Source: Escherichia coli O157:H7 (GTDB lineage: Bacteria > Pseudomonadota > Gammaproteobacteria > Enterobacterales > Enterobacteriaceae). From it: a stretch of DNA of 64,000 nucleotides. Position numbers and translations under genes: made by a program. Within the stretch, counting starts at the first letter, position 1. Every line of letters begins with the position of its first letter. Of the stretch, positions 60,445 to 64,000 are shown one piece after another. Below the pieces are notes generated by a model. That model was not told where the DNA came from, did not search any database, and saw only the letters and a program-made list of their open reading frames with translations. The stretch lies in the NCBI GenBank assembly GCA_013403045.1, contig GCA_013403045.1_3037.1, one strand, 5' to 3'.

Positions 60445-60647
60445 GCCAAACTAGTATTCTTAAAAATGCCCACTGTGAAAAGTGTAAATGGCCGGTTGTT
60501 TTTGCTTTATGCAACGATGAAATGGCTTGTGATTTCGATTATTGGTGCTATTGTTCTAATAAAGGATGCATCAATCATAAAGGTGAAGGATTTTATTCGG
60601 GATTTTATCCTTATCCTGATTTCGTTAAAGAAGGTAAACCAAAATGA
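60435..60647 (+). CDS. Cys-rich small protein (possible zinc ribbon)
   Basis: 70 aa, 7 Cys including CxxC. Confidence 0.5.
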   Translation: MVMSQTSILKNAHCEKCKWPVVFALCNDEMACDFDYWCYCSNKGCINHKGEGFYSGFYPYPDFVKEGKPK

Positions 60648-60820
60648 ATGATGATTTAAAATATCAATTATTACGTGAACTTGATGTTTTGATTGAACTT
60701 TCTGCGCAAAAAGGATTTATAATTGGATCAGGTCAAAAAGACCCCAACGGTCATTCAATCGTAGCGGTTATGAATCAGAAACGAGTCATTTTAAAACTTT
60801 TGGGGATTGACATACTGTGA
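60644..60820 (+). CDS. hypothetical small protein (58 aa)
   Basis: ATGA overlap with the upstream stop; not in supplied ORF track. Confidence 0.4.
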   Translation: MNDDLKYQLLRELDVLIELSAQKGFIIGSGQKDPNGHSIVAVMNQKRVILKLLGIDIL

Positions 60821-61002
60821 GTCTAAGCAAAGAACAAAAAGATAAATTGTTTGAGCTTATCCATGAACTTCTAGATGAGCATATAGAAGCAAACACCTTT
60901 TATGATGAATACGGCCCGCTATCTCCCGAACAGCAGGAAGAATTTGCTGATCGGTTTGATAAGAAAGAAAATGAATTAATAGCTTATGTGAATACGCTTT
61001 AA
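60817..61002 (+). CDS. hypothetical acidic small protein
   Basis: 61 aa, GTG start overlapping the upstream stop. Confidence 0.4.
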   Translation: MSLSKEQKDKLFELIHELLDEHIEANTFYDEYGPLSPEQQEEFADRFDKKENELIAYVNTL

Positions 61003-61011
61003 GAAGGTGAT

Positions 61012-61593
61012 ATGGCGAGTTTAATTTTTACTTATGCAGCAATGAATGCTGGAAAATCTGCTTCTCTTTTGACTGCTGCACATAATTATAAAGAACGTGG
61101 AATGAGTGTATTAGTTCTTAAGCCTGCTATTGATACTCGCGATTCTGTCTGTGAAGTTGTTTCTCGCATTGGAATTAAACAGGAAGCGAATATTATTACA
61201 GATGATATGGATATTTTCGAGTTCTATAAATGGGCTGAAGCACAAAAAGATATTCATTGCGTATTTGTAGATGAAGCTCAGTTTTTAAAAACTGAACAGG
61301 TGCATCAATTAAGTCGAATTGTTGATACATATAATGTTCCTGTTATGGCTTATGGATTAAGGACTGATTTCGCTGGAAAATTGTTTGAAGGTTCTAAAGA
61401 ACTTTTAGCGATTGCAGATAAACTTATTGAACTAAAGGCAGTTTGTCATTGTGGTAAAAAAGCGATTATGACAGCTCGATTAATGGAAGATGGAACACCA
61501 GTTAAAGAAGGTAATCAAATCTGTATTGGTGATGAAATTTATGTTTCTTTGTGTAGAAAACATTGGAATGAATTAACTAAAAAGCTCGGTTAG
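61012..61593 (+). CDS. tk: thymidine kinase
   Basis: 193 aa as in T4 Tk; P-loop AAMNAGKS; C-terminal Cys zinc-site pattern. Confidence 0.9.
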   Translation: MASLIFTYAAMNAGKSASLLTAAHNYKERGMSVLVLKPAIDTRDSVCEVVSRIGIKQEANIITDDMDIFEFYKWAEAQKDIHCVFVDEAQFLKTEQVHQLSRIVDTYNVPVMAYGLRTDFAGKLFEGSKELLAIADKLIELKAVCHCGKKAIMTARLMEDGTPVKEGNQICIGDEIYVSLCRKHWNELTKKLG

Positions 61594-61635
61594 TGCAAAA
61601 GTTATAAATAGGTTTATCTAACTAAAGGGGTATAT

Positions 61636-61848
61636 ATGCTACAATTAACTGAAAAGCAACTTCGCAATCTTACTGTTCTTCAATTAGATGAAATTCGTAG
61701 GGAAGTTGGAAATATCATTTCAGCTTTGCGTCGAGAAGTATCACTCAACCAATCTCCGGCAGACTATACTAGATTGCGAAATTTTGAAAAATACCTTGAT
61801 AAAGTTAAGGCCGTGCATCGGCATAAAGTAAATACAGGACAAAAATGA
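61636..61848 (+). CDS. hypothetical protein (rI.1 position)
   Basis: 70-aa ORF. Confidence 0.5.
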
Positions 61849-61860
61849 TAGGAGGCCTTT

Positions 61861-62154
61861 ATGGCCTTAAAAGCAACGGCACTTTTTGCCATGCTAGGAT
61901 TGTCATTTGTTTTATCTCCATCGATTGAAGCGAATGTCGATCCTCATTTTGATAAATTTATGGAATCTGGTATTAGGCACGTTTATATGCTTTTTGAAAA
62001 TAAAAGCGTAGAATCGTCTGAACAATTCTATAGTTTTATGAGAACGACCTATAAAAATGACCCGTGCTCTTCTGATTTTGAATGTATAGAACGAGGCGCG
62101 GAGATGGCACAATCATACGCTAGAATTATGAACATTAAATTGGAGACTGAATGA
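61861..62154 (+). CDS. rI: lysis inhibition regulator rI
   Basis: 97 aa as in T4 RI; N-terminal signal-anchor; position next to tk. Confidence 0.75.
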   Translation: MALKATALFAMLGLSFVLSPSIEANVDPHFDKFMESGIRHVYMLFENKSVESSEQFYSFMRTTYKNDPCSSDFECIERGAEMAQSYARIMNIKLETE

Positions 62155-62537
62155 AATTCAGCGACTTTTCACAAAGTGGAAAACCTTCAAAGGCAGATGA
62201 ATACTTAGGTTTATTAATGGCTGCACAAGCTTATTTTCATTCTGCACATTTTGAAACTAAAAGTTATGCTAGACACAAAGCATACGATTTTATTTTCTCC
62301 GAGTTGCCAGATTTGATTGATAAATTTGGTGAGCAATATTTGGGGTATTCTGGTAGAAAATACACGCCTTCAATTCCAGATGCCAGTAAACTTCCTACCG
62401 ACACAATTAAAATGATTGATCGCATACTAGACCAATCTAACAGCATTTATAAAGAAATGCCTCCAGCCATTCAAAGCACGATAGATGATATTACTGGGAT
62501 GTTTTACCAGAGTAAGTATCTTCTTTCCCTCGAATAA
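62151..62537 (+). CDS. rI.-1-like protein
   Basis: 128-aa ORF, ATGA overlap with rI. Confidence 0.6.
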   Translation: MKFSDFSQSGKPSKADEYLGLLMAAQAYFHSAHFETKSYARHKAYDFIFSELPDLIDKFGEQYLGYSGRKYTPSIPDASKLPTDTIKMIDRILDQSNSIYKEMPPAIQSTIDDITGMFYQSKYLLSLE

Positions 62538-62541
62538 CATT

Positions 62542-62566
62542 AGTCTCCTTCGGGAGACTTTTTTCA
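62542..62566 (+). terminator. rho-independent terminator
   Basis: agtctcc-ttcg-ggagact hairpin followed by TTTTTT. Confidence 0.65.
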
Positions 62567-62574
62567 TTTTACCG

Positions 62575-62604
62575 GTTTACTTTCCGTTTGAGCTGTGGTA
62601 CTAT
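62575..62604 (+). promoter_or_regulatory. early promoter (GTTTAC N18 TACTAT)
   Basis: immediately after the terminator, upstream of the ORF at 62633. Confidence 0.5.
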
Positions 62605-62632
62605 ACAACTATCGGATAAAGAGGAGAACATC

Positions 62633-62821
62633 ATGAAAATTGAAGCACTCAATCAAGAAGGAAATATCTACGTCATCATTAATGGTGATTTTTTCGTCGA
62701 CATGGATGAAGTTACTAGTGAAGAACTTGTAGAATTTCTTAAGAAACGTTATAATATGTGTGATGAAGTTGCAACTCACATGGCGTGTGCAATATTCTCT
62801 CTTTCATATGTGGTGGAATAA
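62633..62821 (+). CDS. hypothetical small protein
   Basis: 62 aa from ATG with AGAGGAG Shine-Dalgarno. Confidence 0.5.
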   Translation: MKIEALNQEGNIYVIINGDFFVDMDEVTSEELVEFLKKRYNMCDEVATHMACAIFSLSYVVE

Positions 62822-63024
62822 TGATTAGTATCGAACAAGCGGATAAGATTAAAGAATTGGTAGCTTTAATTCGTAAAGCAGACGAGGAACTTAGTGACTT
62901 TGCTTGGTTTTCGTCAGGCATTGCAAATAAAGGCATTGATGAACTTGAAGCTAAAGTTGATAATGCTTTAGAAGCGTTAGATATGTTTCTTGATGAAATT
63001 ATCGATCATAATACGAGAGTTTAA
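62821..63024 (+). CDS. hypothetical acidic small protein
   Basis: 67 aa, TAATG overlap. Confidence 0.5.
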   Translation: MISIEQADKIKELVALIRKADEELSDFAWFSSGIANKGIDELEAKVDNALEALDMFLDEIIDHNTRV

Positions 63025-63026
63025 TT

Positions 63027-63221
63027 ATGCTAACACGCGAACAGTTTGAAAAAATCATTAAATTAGCACGTGATATTGAAATAGATTCATATCAATTGGC
63101 AGTTGAGCATTGTGAAGGATATTCATACGACGGTATAGAAGCAGCTAAAAAGGATTTGGACAAATCTAAAGCTAAGTTAGTTCAATATCTTGAAATGATT
63201 AGGTGGAATAATGAAAACTGA
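63027..63221 (+). CDS. hypothetical small protein
   Basis: 64-aa ORF. Confidence 0.5.
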   Translation: MLTREQFEKIIKLARDIEIDSYQLAVEHCEGYSYDGIEAAKKDLDKSKAKLVQYLEMIRWNNEN

Positions 63222-63384
63222 AAAGCAGATGTTTTTAATGAAACTAATTGAAGAATATGCTAATGCAGTTTCTGACTATGAGTGTTCTTCTCGGGAAAGA
63301 GGTACAGCTTTCGCAAAGGAAGAAATGAAAATCATGGTTGATGCTCACACAAAGCTTCAGAATTTTATTGAAAACGTCATTTAA
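63211..63384 (+). CDS. hypothetical small protein (57 aa)
   Basis: AGGTGG Shine-Dalgarno; overlaps the upstream stop; not in supplied ORF track. Confidence 0.4.
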   Translation: MKTEKQMFLMKLIEEYANAVSDYECSSRERGTAFAKEEMKIMVDAHTKLQNFIENVI

Positions 63385-63386
63385 TG

Positions 63387-63416
63387 GTTTACAAGTTGGC
63401 AAGGTTATGGTATAGT
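63387..63416 (+). promoter_or_regulatory. early promoter (GTTTAC N18 TATAGT)
   Basis: -35 and -10 hexamers with an inverted repeat overlapping the -10 element. Confidence 0.5.
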
Positions 63417-63551
63417 AATCTTGTCAACTGCCAAGGAGAAGAGAATGAAAGTTTTGTTTGTTGTGTATGTGATGATTCAATATAATTACCCAATGTTTAC
63501 TTATAATCTGGTGAACAACATTATTGATATTATTCAAAGGAGTATGTAATT

Positions 63552-64000
63552 GTGAGTGAGTCGAAGAGAATCAATATGAAACGATTAGTATTAGAAGTTA
63601 GTCCGCTTTTTGGTGAATTGACTATAGAAAAAGTAAATAACATGTATCGTTTGACGCAAGAAGACGATATGCTATATTTTACGCCTAGTGAAATCATTCA
63701 TTTAACCCAAATTGAATATCCTTATACTGATAAAATAGTAAGCATCAATGATGAGCACAAAATTCATTTTTATTCTTCATGCCCAGGATTTAATATTAAA
63801 AGTGAGTCAATGTGTTTATCAGTTATCCATTGGGATAGTTTTATAGCTAAGATTAAATATTTTTATTATTCTAATGAAAGAAAACATAGTTTAAAATGGC
63901 TCAAAAATTGCAATGCTATTATTACTAACGCTTGCAATCAGAATGATGAAACTCTTTTAAATGTATCAAAATGTTATGAAGAGGGAGATGTCTTAACTAT
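63552..64000 (+). CDS. hypothetical protein, 3'-partial (runs off window)
   Basis: open frame to the window end; AAGGAG Shine-Dalgarno 9 nt before GTG 63552; in-frame ATG at 63576. Confidence 0.45.
   Translation, partial: MSESKRINMKRLVLEVSPLFGELTIEKVNNMYRLTQEDDMLYFTPSEIIHLTQIEYPYTDKIVSINDEHKIHFYSSCPGFNIKSESMCLSVIHWDSFIAKIKYFYYSNERKHSLKWLKNCNAIITNACNQNDETLLNVSKCYEEGDVLT

Noticed and set aside
63445-63549. 34-aa ORF after the early promoter at 63387
   Set aside because: Very short, hydrophobic and low-complexity; may be a leader peptide but there is no evidence.

Overview
This window is a contiguous block from a T4-like (Tevenvirinae) Escherichia phage, in reverse orientation relative to the conventional T4 map. 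Gene order and protein lengths match T4 almost one-for-one: two tandem alt ADP-ribosyltransferase genes, baseplate hub (54, 48, 29, 28, 27, 51, 26, 25), uvsY, uvsW, segE, inh, hoc, rnlB, head genes (24, 23, 22, 21, 68, 67, 20), tail tube and sheath (19, 18), terminase (17, 16), neck (15, 14, 13), wac, 12, baseplate wedge (11 to 6), 5.4, 5.1, 5, 53, then 4, 2, 3, 1, 57A, 57B, and an early accessory region (ip-like genes, nudE, e lysozyme, regB, vs, tk, rI). All identifications rest on recalled T4 protein lengths, N-terminal sequences, motifs and synteny; no database search was run. The lysozyme differs from T4 at a few residues, so this is a close relative rather than T4 itself. Late (TATAAATA), early (GTTTAC N18 TAnnnT) and one middle promoter, plus hairpin terminators, sit at the expected gene boundaries. 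The most interesting departures from T4 are: a hoc gene with an extra Ig-like domain and an in-frame TGA; tandem full-length alt paralogs; two internal-protein-like genes with capsid-targeting N-termini, one bracketed by 60-bp direct repeats carrying early promoters; a translationally coupled P-loop NTPase pair near where T4 carries denV; a chimeric GrcA-like gene whose 3' half has host-like codon usage; a macro-domain-like ORF; and no tRNA cluster, segB or segD. No CRISPR array, tRNA or rRNA was found.
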